DNA of 64,000 bases from Podarcis liolepis (Eukaryota). The notes beneath the pieces were generated by a model. It had not been told where the DNA came from, searched no databases, and saw nothing but the letters and a program-made list of their open reading frames with translations. The DNA lies in NCBI GenBank assembly GCA_965112155.1, contig OZ218111.1; one strand, written 5' to 3'. Made by a program: the position numbers and the translations under genes. Below, one piece after another: positions 36,591 through 47,930 of the stretch; the first letter of the stretch is position 1, and every line of letters starts with the position of its first letter.

Positions 36591-37459
36591 CACCTAATGT
36601 CTAGGCCAGATATCTAGGCCAGGAACAGCCAACTCAGAAAGGTACCGGTTGCTTCTCCTCCTCTCTCTCCCCCCCCCCCAAATCATTATTCATTTGTTTG
36701 CTTGTTTATTGAAAGCATTTGCATCCCATCTTTCTCAGTCAATATGAAGCCATCCACTAGCTAGGATAGCTTTAAAAGAGGCTTAGATAAATCCAGTCCA
36801 CAAATGTACGAAACTGACATACCAATTCAAACGACTGATCCATCTAGCTTGGCATTTTGTACACCATGAGTAGCCAGTGGGCTGCTGGTGCCCTTCAGAT
36901 TTGAGGGGTCTCCAGTTTTCATTATTCCTGACCACAAGCCACAGTGTCTGGGCTAATGGGAGTTAGAGTTCAACAACCACATTGGCTGCCAGTGTTCTAA
37001 ACTGACAGGGTAGCAGCTTTCTAGACTTCCAGACAGAGGTCTTTCTGTGTTACCTTTCCCTCCCTTCCATTATTGTTAAGCTTTATAGATTGTAAGCTCC
37101 TCGAGACAAGGACCTGTCTAACTGGATGTGCAGTGCAATCTACCACATGTTTCATCACAAGTAAGTCCCACTTTGTTCAATGGGGCTTGCTCCCAGGCAA
37201 CTGAGTACAGAATTGCAGCCTAAATTACTTAATAGGCTGGTATATGAGCACACCCTCTTCAATGCCTAGTTATTTCTGTAGCGCCTTTTCAGACTTGTTT
37301 ACCTAGCCCAGCTGTGCTGCATTATCAGAAAGGAGGCCATGAAATCTTAGCCATCATGCTGTATTATACTGTCAGCAGTTTAAACCAACTGTGGATTTGT
37401 AGAGAGAGATTAATTCATTTGCCCTCTCTCATTACCCTAGAATTTGCGGTCATCTGACA

Positions 37460-37625
37460 AAATTAACTGGCAGTAGATTCAGGGCAGAGAAAAAGAAGGT
37501 ACTTTTTCACACGACATGCAATTAGCTTGTGGGATTTGATCGTGGCTACTACTGGCTTAGGTAACTTTAAGAAGGAGCCGACATAAATTCATGGCACTGG
37601 AGAGGTCTATCAATGCCTATTGGCC
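37460..37625 (+). mobile_element. CR1 ORF2-end fragment
   Basis: ggcagtagattcagggcagagaaaaagaaggtactttttcacac...aattagcttgtgg...taaattcatgg, a typical CR1 end. Confidence 0.65.
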
Positions 37626-37643
37626 ATTTATGCTTCCATGCTC

Positions 37644-37837
37644 AAGCTTGTGTACACACTATAATTTTAAGGCACTTTTGAAACACATTGTTTCCCTCAG
37701 AGAATTCTGGGCGCTGTATTTTGTTAAGGGTTGGTGGGCATTGTAACTCTGTGAGGGGTAAAGTGCAGGGCCCAGAATTCTTTGAGGGAAAGAATGTGCT
37801 TTGAATGCGTTTTCTGGATACAGTGTTCACAAAGCCT
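37644..37837. mobile_element. palindromic MITE
   Basis: Inverted arms gcttgtgtacacact..ttccctcagagaattctggg / cccagaattctttgagggaa..agtgttcacaaagc. Confidence 0.7.
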
Positions 37838-38046
37838 CAACAATATTGAACCAAATGGATCGTTCTTCTGATACAATAAGGCTCTCTTTAGTACCTATTA
37901 TTCTCTGAAATGGGCAGAAACGGTGTGTGGATGTTGATGGAGAATTTGCAAAGACAGTTATTTTTTGAAAGAGATGTCATGGCAGACGACCCCTTCAGAC
38001 TGGAGTCTTTTTGCAGGTGTGTTCTGCAACATGTTATTGATACAAT

Positions 38047-38561
38047 GTGTTGTTGTTGTTTAGTCGTTTAGTCGTGTCCGACTCTTCATGACCCCATGGA
38101 CCAGAGCACGCCAGGCACTTCTGTCTTCCCCTGCCTCCCGCAGTTTGGTCAAACTCATACTGGTAGCTTCAAGAACATTGTCCAACCATCTCGTCCTTTG
38201 TCATCCCTTTCTCCTCGTGCCCTCCATCTTTCCCAACATCAGGGTCTTTTCCAGGGAGTCTTCTCTTCTCATGAGGTGGCCAAAGTATTGGAGCCTCAGC
38301 TTCAGGATCTGTCCTTCCAGTGAGCACTCAGGGCTGATTTCCTTCAGAATGGAGAGGTTTGATCTTCTTGCAGTCCATGGGACTCTCAAAAGTCTCCTCC
38401 AGCACCATAATTCAAAAGCATCAATTCTTCGGCGAGCAGCCTTCTTTATGGTCCAGCTCTCACTTCCATACATCACTACTGGGAAAACTATAGCTTTTAC
38501 TATACGGACCTTTGTTGGCAAGGTGATGTCTCTACTTTTTAAGATGCTGTCTAGGTTTGTC
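38047..38561 (-). mobile_element. Bov-B (RTE clade) LINE, 5'-truncated, with 11-bp TSD
   Basis: ORF 38201..38629 contains MTNLDSILKSRDITLPTKVRIVKA.VFPVVMYG.ESWTIKKA.RRRIDAFELWCWRRLLRVPWTARRSN, the Bov-B ORF C-terminal region. (CAA)n tail and TSD attgatacaat (38036-38046, 38562-38572). Confidence 0.97.
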
Positions 38562-38879
38562 ATTGATACAATAGTGAACAGTAAATAAATCCATGCATTT
38601 GTGGTGGATTTATACCAGACCATCCGCATATCGTACCGCTTCCTTGCTTGTTCTGCAGTGCTCTCAATGTTACCACATTATTGCCATCTTGAAGGTCCCT
38701 CTTGTGCTATGTAGCACCACAACAGCAGGGCAACAACAATAACAGAGAAAGGATGTTTGTGGTAGGGAAAGTTGCAAGATTTCAGCAGGGAGCTATGGGA
38801 CATGAACCGATTGGAAACAAAGCAGAATGTCCATCCCCAAAAAATTTGCAGGTATAAGCTACAGGGAGAGGGTTGAAAT

Positions 38880-39523
38880 GCTTGACTCAGGGAGAGCCTA
38901 ACCACTGTAGTTCATATGTTGGTAACCTTGATGTTGGATTAGTGCAATGCCCTCTATGTGAGACTGCACTTGGGTCTGGTTTGGAAGCTCATGCTGGTGC
39001 ACAATGTGGCCGCAAAATTGCCAATGGGTACATTTAGTCAACAGCATGTCACACCATCGTTAAAGCATCTGCACTGACTGCCTGTCTTCTACCGAGCCAG
39101 ATTCCAGGTTCTTGTATGGATTTATAAAGCCCTGAACAACTTAGTCCAGGGTACATCAAGGACCACCAGAGCCCTGTCACTAAGATTCTCTACAGGAGCA
39201 TCATTGGTCATTCCCCAAGCTGGCAAGGCTCATCTGACAACAAGAAGAAACTAAGCTTTTAGTGTCATCAACTTAGTATTGTGGAATACTCTTCCAAAAG
39301 GGATTCAGCAGGAGCCTTCTGTTTCAACTTTTAAATGCCTGCTGAAAAACTTTTGTATTCTGTCAGGGTTATGAGGGCTATTGAGAATACATCTTTCCAT
39401 GATAATTAACTGATTTATGATTTTTAATTGTTTGTATAGTTTTTACTGTGTGTTTTTTAAGTATAATTTTTGTATACTTTTTATGAATAACATCAAATAC
39501 ATATTTTGATAAATAAAATAAAA
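38880..39523 (+). mobile_element. older L2 LINE 3' portion
   Basis: Translates to SLTTVVHMLVTLMLD*CNALYV.L.L..VWKL.LVHN.AA...QHVTP.LKHLH*LPV.YRARFQVL..IYKALN, followed by a UTR and aataaataaaataaa. Confidence 0.88.
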
Positions 39524-39753
39524 CTCAGCATGAATTCACCATGAAAAGGACATCCAAGGAGGAACTTATACAACAAATGCAGTTTTTGTGGTTTTGTGGT
39601 GGTTTCCACTGTGGTTGTGCTATAGCACAATGGTGCCCCTCCAGATGGCAACTAACAACTAACAAAACAGATTGCTGTGTGCACAGACCAGTATGAATTT
39701 GCTGCTGATGATCCATTGTTGTGCCAATGGTCACATATATCAGCAATATATAT

Positions 39754-40094
39754 AGGTAAAGGTAAAGGGACTCCTGACCATTAGGTCCAGTCGTGACCAA
39801 CTCTGGGGTTGTGGCGCTCATCTCGCTTTATTGGCCGAGGGAGCCGGTGTACAGCTTCCGGGTCATGTGGCCAGCATGACTAAGCCGCTTCTGGCAAACC
39901 AGAGCAGCGCACGGAAACGCTGTTTACCTTCCCGTCGGAGCAGTACCTATTTATCTACTTGCACTTTGATGTGCTTTTGAACTGCTAGGTGGGCAGGAGC
40001 TGGGACCGAACAACGGGAGCTCACCCCATCGCAGGGATTCAAACCACTGACCATCTGATCAGCAAGTCCTAGGCTTTGTGGTTTAACCCACAGC
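39754..40094 (-). mobile_element. Sauria SINE (head truncated by the gap)
   Basis: aggtaaaggtaaaggg tail; body nearly identical to the other two copies. Confidence 0.95.
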
Positions 40095-40298
40095 NNNNNN
40101 NNNNNNNNNNNNNNNNNNNNNNNNNNNNNNNNNNNNNNNNNNNNNNNNNNNNNNNNNNNNNNNNNNNNNNNNNNNNNNNNNNNNNNNNNNNNNNNNNNNN
40201 NNNNNNNNNNNNNNNNNNNNNNNNNNNNNNNNNNNNNNNNNNNNNNNNNNNNNNNNNNNNNNNNNNNNNNNNNNNNNNNNNNNNNNNNNNNNNNNNNN
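40095..40298. other. assembly gap
   Basis: Run of N. Confidence 1.
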
Positions 40299-40465
40299 GG
40301 AACTGTAGTTTGTTAAGGATGCTGGGTGCTGTATCTCTGTGAGGGGAATCCTGGGGATGGCAGTTGACCCCTCACAGAGATACAGTACCCAGCATCCTTA
40401 ACAAACTACAGTTCCCAAGCTTCTTTGAGGGAAAGTTATGTGATTTAAAGGTATGCTGCAGATGT
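40299..40465. mobile_element. palindromic MITE with a 48-bp inverted repeat
   Basis: Arms 40299-40346 and 40368-40415 with one mismatch; same family as 13425 and 37644. Confidence 0.8.
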
Positions 40466-40619
40466 GACCAGTTACACAATGCAGAATGCATCTGCAAAAC
40501 ACACACACATACATTACAGTAGAGAGTGGGGGCCTCTCTCTCTCTCTCGCTTCCCCTTCCTGGGGTATCCATCTCTGAAAGGACCCCTTCTGTATTTTAA
40601 AAAAGCTCCCCTTTACTTC

Positions 40620-40698
40620 ACGCACGCGGCAAAGAAAGAATTGTTCTGCCCCATGTGTTTCTATTATTTAAAGGGCTTAAGTCGAAAGGTGTGCATTG

Positions 40699-40749
<51 letters not shown>

Positions 40750-41110
40750 AGAGGGGGGGAATTCTGATTGCAGATAACCGCTCAATTTGATTTAGTGTCG
40801 AATGATAGTGATGGGGTTGATAACTCGGCATTCATCGGTAATTCATCTTCTCCTGGTAGAAATTTACCGCAAAGCAGTGCTTTTCCCAACACTGACAAGT
40901 CCTATTAATCTTCTTCAGACACATTTCAATAGGTGTCTCCATCTAGACCCTCCATCTAAACACTCTTGGGCATCACCGGAGACTTGGAGACGCCTTCACT
41001 GAAGGTTCCACTAGAAGTGAAAATGGGAGACTAGATTGTACTCTTTTTTTAAAAAAAAGAAATAATTAATTCTCTCTGTCCATTTAATTAGCAACTCCTG
41101 CCAGCCTTTT
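40620..41110. promoter_or_regulatory. putative conserved non-coding element with an internal (TG)n at 40701-40745
   Basis: Repeat-free, retained CpGs, and tgattta, gataa, ggtaatt, tattaatc and ttaattag motifs. Confidence 0.45.
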
Positions 41111-41184
41111 CCCCACTCAAGTGTGACAACGCTTTTCCCTAACTTGAACAAGACTTGGGAAACATTAAGTTTCTAAAACTGAAA

Positions 41185-41400
41185 CAATGTGGCCTAAAGG
41201 GCAGAGGGTTAGACATAGAGTGAAGTGGCCAGGGTTCAAATGAGAGCTGTAAGTCAAGAAGTCATTATTATTGAGTGTCACACAGGCATTATCTAATTTG
41301 CAAGGCCTTAAGTAGCAAACTGTTCTGTCTCATTCTCAACTTCTCCTCTGTAATATGGGGGTAGTAGTATGAAGCCATGAGATACTGGGCTGCTGCAAAA
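41185..41400 (+). mobile_element. old MIR/CORE-type SINE
   Basis: gggttcaaat B box and ctcaacttctcctctgtaatatggggg resembling the MIR core. Confidence 0.55.
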
Positions 41401-41869
41401 GGGTGAATTTACTGCTGAACGCATCACTTGCAGTTTTCAACTGCAGTTTTGAAACAACTGCAGTGTTTTAGATTGCCATCACCCTGCAATTTGCAACACT
41501 AGTCTTAGGGTTACCTGCACACCTTTCTGGGAGTAAAGCCCAACTGGACACAATGAGACTTGCATGTAAGTAAAAAATGCACAAGATTCTGCTCTACATT
41601 ATTATTCTTGTTTTTGTTATGAACAGCAACACTGTGAGGTAGGCCAGCGCTTCAGGTGAGGAACTGCAACCAAGAAGGAGTGAATGCCTATGATGAAATA
41701 GGAAGCAGGGGAATTAAAATATACTCCTTTGAGGGCATTTAATTTTGACTACATCCAAAGCACCTTTTAAATTTGATAAGAACTCCTAAAATGTGAAATT
41801 GCACCCTTCATACACTGTGCTGGGAGAAAAATGCTGGTTTTGTGGGGGCGGCTTTTCTTTCTGGTTTCA

Positions 41870-42400
41870 AACAGGACTAAAAAGAAAACCTGGGAGAAAT
41901 TAAATTGTGGAATTCAGCCACTAACCTGTACAGTTGCGATCACTGAGACAGCGCACCAACCCCTGCTGTGTCCATTCATCATGACGCTCCATTTTAGTGG
42001 GTGGAGGGCGGGAGGAGAAAGATGCAAAATATATTGTAAGGCGATATCTGAAACGAGGCCTCTGGAACACTGTGATTTACTAGTAGCGTAAGGTTAAGAT
42101 GAGTGTCGAGAATTCAAAACCTTCCCTTCCTAGTTTATCCATTTTTAACACACATCTGTCAAGCGCCACTTGAGTCCTAAGCTCCGACTCCACTACAGGA
42201 AGCGACACGAGGTTAATACGGCCACGCAGATCCCAACTGTACAACTCCCGGGATTCCCCCTTTTTTGTTTTCCTTACATTAGCTGCCAACGCGCGAACAA
42301 ATATTGCTCAGTCAAATTAGACCCATAATATTTAAAGATGGATTATGCTCTGGGATCCTCGTGGTGGGCAAACAAGATGGGTGCAAAATGGCTGTGTGTG
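41870..42400. promoter_or_regulatory. putative conserved element, locally CpG-enriched
   Basis: Many CpGs (gcgacacgagg, acggccacgc, aacgcgcgaac) in otherwise CpG-depleted DNA; no repeat recognised. Confidence 0.45.
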
Positions 42401-42609
42401 TTTTGCCAAAGACCCCTCAGAATTTAAATGGGGTCATTTGGAGTTTGTTAGTTTGTTAGCAGAGGAAACTAGACATGGAAAATTGTCTGGGTAGGTCAAG
42501 TACTTTGGAAGAAGACACCCCCCACATACACCATGACTTCCTTTTTCTTTTCTTCTCTTCTTTCCTTTTCTTCCTTCCCTTGATCTGTCTTTTGATATCC
42601 TCTCCCACT

Positions 42610-42812
42610 CAAGCTATCAATGGTTACTAGCCTCCAGGCTATGTTCTACCTACTGTGTTGGAGGCAGTATGCCTCTGAAAACCAGTTGTTGGGAACCATG
42701 GGAGGGCTGCCCTCAGTCCTGCTTGTGGACTTTCCCATTGTGGCTTCTGACTGGCCGCTTTGAGAACAGGGTGTTGGACTAAATGGGTCTGATCCAGCAG
42801 AACTCTTCTTCT
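42610..42812 (+). mobile_element. CR1-type 3' UTR fragment
   Basis: gctatcaatggttactagcc...ggaggcagtatgcctctgaaaaccagttg...gttggactaaatgggtctgatccagcag. Confidence 0.7.
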
Positions 42813-42984
42813 GGACTTAGGTAGCCTGATGCACTGCATGTTTATGTTGAAATGAATACCTCTGTGCTCATTGGGGATTTTACTTAAGAAACTAGGGACA
42901 CTCTTGTCTTAACACCCATCACACCAATGAGCAATGTGTGGTCTCATTGTCAAAGGCTCTTTTCCTTTTATTTGTGAATCACAG

Positions 42985-43222
42985 CCACATATGCCACATT
43001 TCCTTTAATGAGCTCAAAGCAGTGTACATGGTTCTTCCCTCCCATTTATTTTTCACCTGTACAACAACCCTATGAGGTAGGTTAAGCAGAGAGGTAGTGG
43101 CCAACCCAAGGTCACCTAGTCAAGTCCTGTGTGCTGATTTCCCACAGGCCACTGTGAGAACAGGATGCTGGACTAGACTAGTCATTGTCCTGGTCCAGCA
43201 GACTCTTCTTATGTTCTTATGC
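42985..43222. mobile_element. MIR/Squam3-like fragment (-) joined to a CR1 3' terminus (+)
   Basis: acaacaaccctatgaggtaggtt...cccaaggtcacc, then ggccactgtgagaacaggatgctggactaga...cttatgttcttatg. Confidence 0.65.
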
Positions 43223-44121
43223 ATGTGAAGTGGATGGGATCACACCTCCTGCATCCACCTGATGTCCTACTATATGTGCAACTGAGGGCACTGCCTTCTG
43301 CAAGGTTCTTGGTTGTTCAGAGAGAGCTTGTGTGCATTTAGTGCAGCAGTCAGGCTTTCAGACAAATACGTGCTCACCAGGAATTTGCGCAAAAGGCACA
43401 ATCCCTTCTCCCCATGCCTTCATTACCATGGATTCTGAACATCTGCATGGGCCTCATGTGTTCTTTGCATATGCCTATATGGTCCACAAATTTGATTCAT
43501 GCAGTCTTTCTCCTCTACATACACACATACACAAAGTTGTGTAACCTATGCAAACGTTACCTTCTGCACATGAAGGTGGGGCAGATTTCTATACCATGTG
43601 GAGAAAATGCTCCCCTGGGCAAGTCTGTCAACAGTTCTTTGTGCTTGCTTTCTTCCTTTTTTCTAGAAAACATGTGGCACTGTCACGTGGCACTTTCCAT
43701 TAGAACCATCCTCAGGAATTCCTAGGATAAATGGGGAAAGTAACTTTAACTAGCATCCTTATTTGTTTTATATAAGTAGATTATCTTCATCAACAAGAAG
43801 ACTTCACATCATGAAGTAGCCAAGACCACAATTCTGAACACACTTACTCAGAAGTAAACCCCCCAGGAAACTGTTAGATCTATTTCCAAAAGTAATTATG
43901 CATGAGATTGTACTGCATGGTGATGAGAGGTGAACCAGAAAGTTCCTCCTCCATTTGTTGTCAACTTACTAGGATATCACAAGCAGATTTTTTGATAAAT
44001 CCCAGAAATAATGGTAAGTCCCAGAGTATGGTCTGAAGGCACAGGAGGATGTCACCTTACTGGAGGCCTGGATCGGGTCAGAACCTGGATGGGTGACCTT
44101 CTGGTAACTAGATGTACACCG

Positions 44122-44275
44122 TGTAGAAGGTCATGGTTTCAGTCCCCAGCATCTCCAGAAAGGGCTTGGAAATATTCCCATCTGGAACCCTGGAGAGCTG
44201 CTGCAACCCAGTGTGGGCAATACCAAGCTAGATACCAATACCAATGGTCCAATATGGTATATTGCTTCATATGTT
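44122..44275 (+). mobile_element. tRNA-Ala-derived SINE (Squam2-like), 5' truncated
   Basis: agaaggtcatggtttcagtccccagcatctccag...aaccctggagagctgctgc. Confidence 0.7.
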
Positions 44276-44377
44276 TTGTTGTTAGCATACAATGGCCTCA
44301 ACAACTTGGGACCAAGACTTCTTGCATGAAACCAGCCTGCTCGCCAGTCATCTTCTCAATCTACAGAGAAGATAGTA

Positions 44378-44572
44378 GATGGCTCAGTGATAGAGCATCT
44401 GCTTTGCAGGCAGAAGGTCCCAGGTTCAATCCCCAGCATCTCCAGATAGGTCTGGGAGAGAACCTTGCCTGAAACCCTGAAGACCCTTTACCAGTCAATG
44501 TTGACAACACTGAGCTAGTTTGACCAATTGTCTGATCTGGCATAAAGCCGTTTCCCATGATCCTGTGTTCCT
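44378..44572 (+). mobile_element. tRNA-Ala-derived SINE (Squam2-like)
   Basis: ggctcagtgatagagcatctgctttgcaggcagaaggtcccaggttcaatccccagcatctcc...tgttcct. Confidence 0.85.
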
Positions 44573-44685
44573 ATCCCACCTTTCTTCAACAGAACCCAAG
44601 GTGCCACACAAGAGAGTCCCTAGGTAATCACTTATCTAAGTACTGATATGACCCAGGCAAACCTTAGCTTCAGCAAGGTAGAATG
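44573..44685 (-). mobile_element. 5S rRNA-derived (SINE3-like) fragment
   Basis: Reverse complement accttgctgaagctaagg...tcagtacttagataagtgattacctaggga resembles 5S gaagctaagc...ttagtacttggatgggagaccgcctggga. Confidence 0.55.
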
Positions 44686-45436
44686 ATCATAATACAAAGC
44701 TGACCATTTGACTTCTGTCAGGGCAAACTGTACTTTGATGCTTGTTTTAAATGTGTTTTAGCGTGCTATATTTTAACTATTGCTTTTAACTAGTTTGTTT
44801 TTCTAACTTTGTATTTTATAATGGGTTTTTTTTAAAAAAAATTGTAAGCTGCCTTGAAAGCCAACTTGGGAGAAAGGGGGATATAAATACACTTAATTAA
44901 ATAATGAATAAAGGTGGCTGCATCATACGATGTGAGACGTCGTTAATTGATCAAATAAATAAGCAGAATGGGCTTTAGTTCAGCCACTTTTCCCCAACCT
45001 GGTGCCTTCCAGATGTTTTAGAATACTGTTTTCCTCTCCCAACAAACACAGCTCTGGGGCTGGTGGGAGTTGTAGTCCAAACATCTGGAGGCCACCAGGT
45101 TGGGGGAAGTTGACTGTCACCCTTCCAAATGATACGCCTCTCTCCTCCAATGTGTGTCTAAGATCACTTAAGCTAGCTTTCCTGCTTTTGAACTTTTAAC
45201 CACCTCATCACGCCTATGGAGGTGCCTGAAAATTTTTATACATAAATGCATTATTACACAAAAGTGTAAAAGCCCACGTTGCACCTATTGGGTTGATTTT
45301 GAAGCAGCTGGTCTGGTTGCCATAAGAACCTTCTGGTACATACAATATATGTCTTGGCAGGCGGGAAGATTCGCCCACTACATTTTATACAGATCAGGCA
45401 TTTATACAGAGCAGGGTGGAAACAACATTCAGAGAA

Positions 45437-45745
45437 GGCCTGTGGCTCGGTGACAGAACAGGAGCTTTGCATCCAAAAGGTCCCAGGTCTGATGTCCAAA
45501 ATCTCCAGGTAGGACTGGAAAAGATTCATTTTGGGATTCAAGGAGAGCTGATTCTGGTGTGTGGGAAGATTAGCCTGCCAAGATGTAGCTGAACTACAAC
45601 TCTCATCAACCCTGGCCGTTGCCCATGTTGATGGGAATTGTAGTTCAGCAACATCTGGAGGATCAGAGGTTCCTCACACCTTGAGTATACAATACCAAGC
45701 TGGTTGGACAAACTGTTTGACCAGCAAATAATACAGCCTCCTCAC
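45437..45745 (+). mobile_element. tRNA-derived SINE interrupted by a MITE (~45570-45680)
   Basis: The SINE 5' half ends at gagagctg..., a MITE with gctgaactacaactc / gaattgtagttcagc follows, and the SINE resumes at acaataccaagct. Confidence 0.65.
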
Positions 45746-45754
45746 TTCTTGAGG

Positions 45755-45949
45755 AAGGGCTATAGCTCAGTGGTAGAGCATGTGCTTTACATGCATAAGG
45801 TCCCAGATAGAACCCCAAGGATCTTCAGGAAGACCAGGCAGTGTCCCCCGCCTGAAACCCTGGAGAGATGCTGACAGTCAGTGTGGACAGAACTGAACTA
45901 GGTGGGCCAATGATCTGACTGAGTGTAAGGCAGCCTCCTTATGTTCCTA
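45755..45949 (+). mobile_element. tRNA-Ala-derived SINE (Squam2-like), full length
   Basis: A box tagctcagtggtagagc, a tRNA-Ala-like arm, the family body, and a ttatgttcct tail. Confidence 0.88.
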
Positions 45950-46129
45950 TCATTCCTGCTTTGCAGATGGAAAAGTCAGGTTCAAAAGCAATGAACTCTC
46001 CAACAAACTCAGGCTGAGCGGAAATGATGGTCAATGTTTCCACTATAGGACCTTATTTCCCTGGCACTAACTATTGTGTTTCCCTGCCACTGCTGACACA
46101 TAGAATGCCATCTCAAACTTGGTCCCCTT

Positions 46130-46713
46130 CTTCCCCTCAAACCCATTTTTCTGAATCACATTAAAGATCTGAATGACCTTACTGTAGGTGGCAAGTTTAA
46201 ATGTACCATATTAATAACTTCTTATCTGAGATAAATTAAGTCCTTGTGTGTCAAAAGCACTCTGCTCTGGATTACCTACAAGAGAAGTATTTATTGAATA
46301 AATGTTAGATCCAATTTCATTTTAATGTGACTGACAGGAGGCTTCAGCCTTTGCAAATGAGATAAAAACACACACTCAAACCTGCGACTGTATTGCAACT
46401 TTACACCTAACTTGTCCATTTCTATTATTGTCCTTTTTTTTAGAAAGGGGGGGGGACATTGAAAGGGATTTGGTGGTGGACAGCATTTTTTTTTCTTATT
46501 CCTATTCTGAAGAGCAAAGGGAGAGATAGAAAGCAACAACAAGAAGNNNNNNNNNNNNNNNNNNNNNNNNNNNNNNNNNNNNNNNNNNNNNNNNNNNNNN
46601 NNNNNNNNNNNNNNNNNNNNNNNNNNNNNNNNNNNNNNNNNNNNNNNNNNNNNNNNNNNNNNNNNNNNNNNNNNNNNTCACTGCCCCTGAAGGCACAAAG
46701 GCAGATAGTAGAA

Positions 46714-46758
<45 letters not shown>

Positions 46759-46990
46759 GGGAGAAATATCATAAAAGTTAGCAATGCCTTGAGAAGGGGG
46801 GGGGGACAGCCGGTGTTTCTTCTGCCCTCCAGTCACAGCTTTGCCTCCCACCCACCCCAAAAAATTAATCCCACAATAATACGCCACTCAATAAATTCTC
46901 TATAATCGCCCGTCCTTGCGTCTGAAATTTTTATTTTTCTCTCTTGAGTTGCCTTCAATTGCAGATCACAGAAATCTGTGTGCTTTTTCT
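46130..46990. promoter_or_regulatory. putative conserved non-coding element(s) spanning a gap and an (AG)n tract
   Basis: Repeat-free flanks with atattaat, aaattaag, tttaatg, tgacag and aattaatcc motifs. Confidence 0.35.
46547..46677. other. assembly gap
   Basis: Run of N. Confidence 1.
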
Positions 46991-47444
46991 AATTTGATGT
47001 GTAGGGGCATAACAAACAAACACTACATCTTCAACAAAATATGAGTAGGGGGAGGGAATGTGATCCTCTTTCTGAAAATGGCTGGGAGAGACCTAGATGT
47101 TGTCAAAGTGGTCACCTGGTTTAGCCAAAAGTTTTCAGACAGCCATTTGGGGAATCCAGAGGTTGCTCTGAGTCTTATTAAGGGACTCTACAATAAGCAG
47201 CTCAGGGAGCAAAGATTAACAAAGACAAAGCTTATTTGCTCCTACTAAAGATGCAGGAGGAGACCGTTCTGTTTGCATCACCACTCTGGTCACTTGGGTT
47301 GATAAGGAGGTCCCAAACTCCTGGGCTGCACCCTAAAACAGGAAGGGCCTCCTATATTCTCTGGAGACACTCCGTTCTAGTCTATAGGTTATTTTCTATA
47401 AGCATGGACCCCCACAGACTCTGGTAGCAAGGGACTTTCCCAGT

Positions 47445-47930
47445 GTGTTTTTTTAAATGTATTTTTATTAAAGATTTCTTGGTTCACAAAAGTATGTGCA
47501 ATGTCTCTTTTTGCAAGTTACATTTTCTACAGATCAGTTTCATTTGTTGAGACATTAGTGTTACATTAGGAAGAAAAGGGGGAAAGAGGTGGAGGGGGCC
47601 ATGGTGAGTGGGGGTGGAGTCGGGTGGCGATGTTTCTATTTTACTTAATGTGTGAGGTTTTGTGTCAGTGTCGCTTGTGCGGGTTCTCTTTACTATTCGC
47701 TTGTGTTCCTTTGATAGTGAGAGATGTTGGGGTTGGCCTAGGGTGTGGTTGTTTGTTTGTGGTTGGCTGTGGTGAACTTTGTTTTCATGTGTGAGTGGGG
47801 TGGGTGTTTTTGAATCAGGTTAGCCATATTGATCTGTATGCTGTTGGTGGATTCTTGTCGTTGTCTTGTTGGGCTGTGTATGTGATAAAGGGGGGGGGCA
47901 TACCAGGGTGAAGGCGTCTTCTTCCATTTG
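47445..47930 (-). mobile_element. L1/Tx1-type LINE 3' end with TSD
   Basis: The - strand reads MEEDAFTLV.PPFITY..., then a C/A-rich UTR, AATAAA and an A-rich tail. Flanking repeat is agggactttcccagt (47430-47444) / agggactcctccagt (47931-47945). Confidence 0.7.

Noticed and set aside
38088-38588. 166-aa + strand ORF
   Set aside because: It is the antisense shadow of the Bov-B coding strand.
45757-45830. tRNA-Ala gene
   Set aside because: The T arm is degenerate and the sequence continues into a SINE body repeated about a dozen times in the window.
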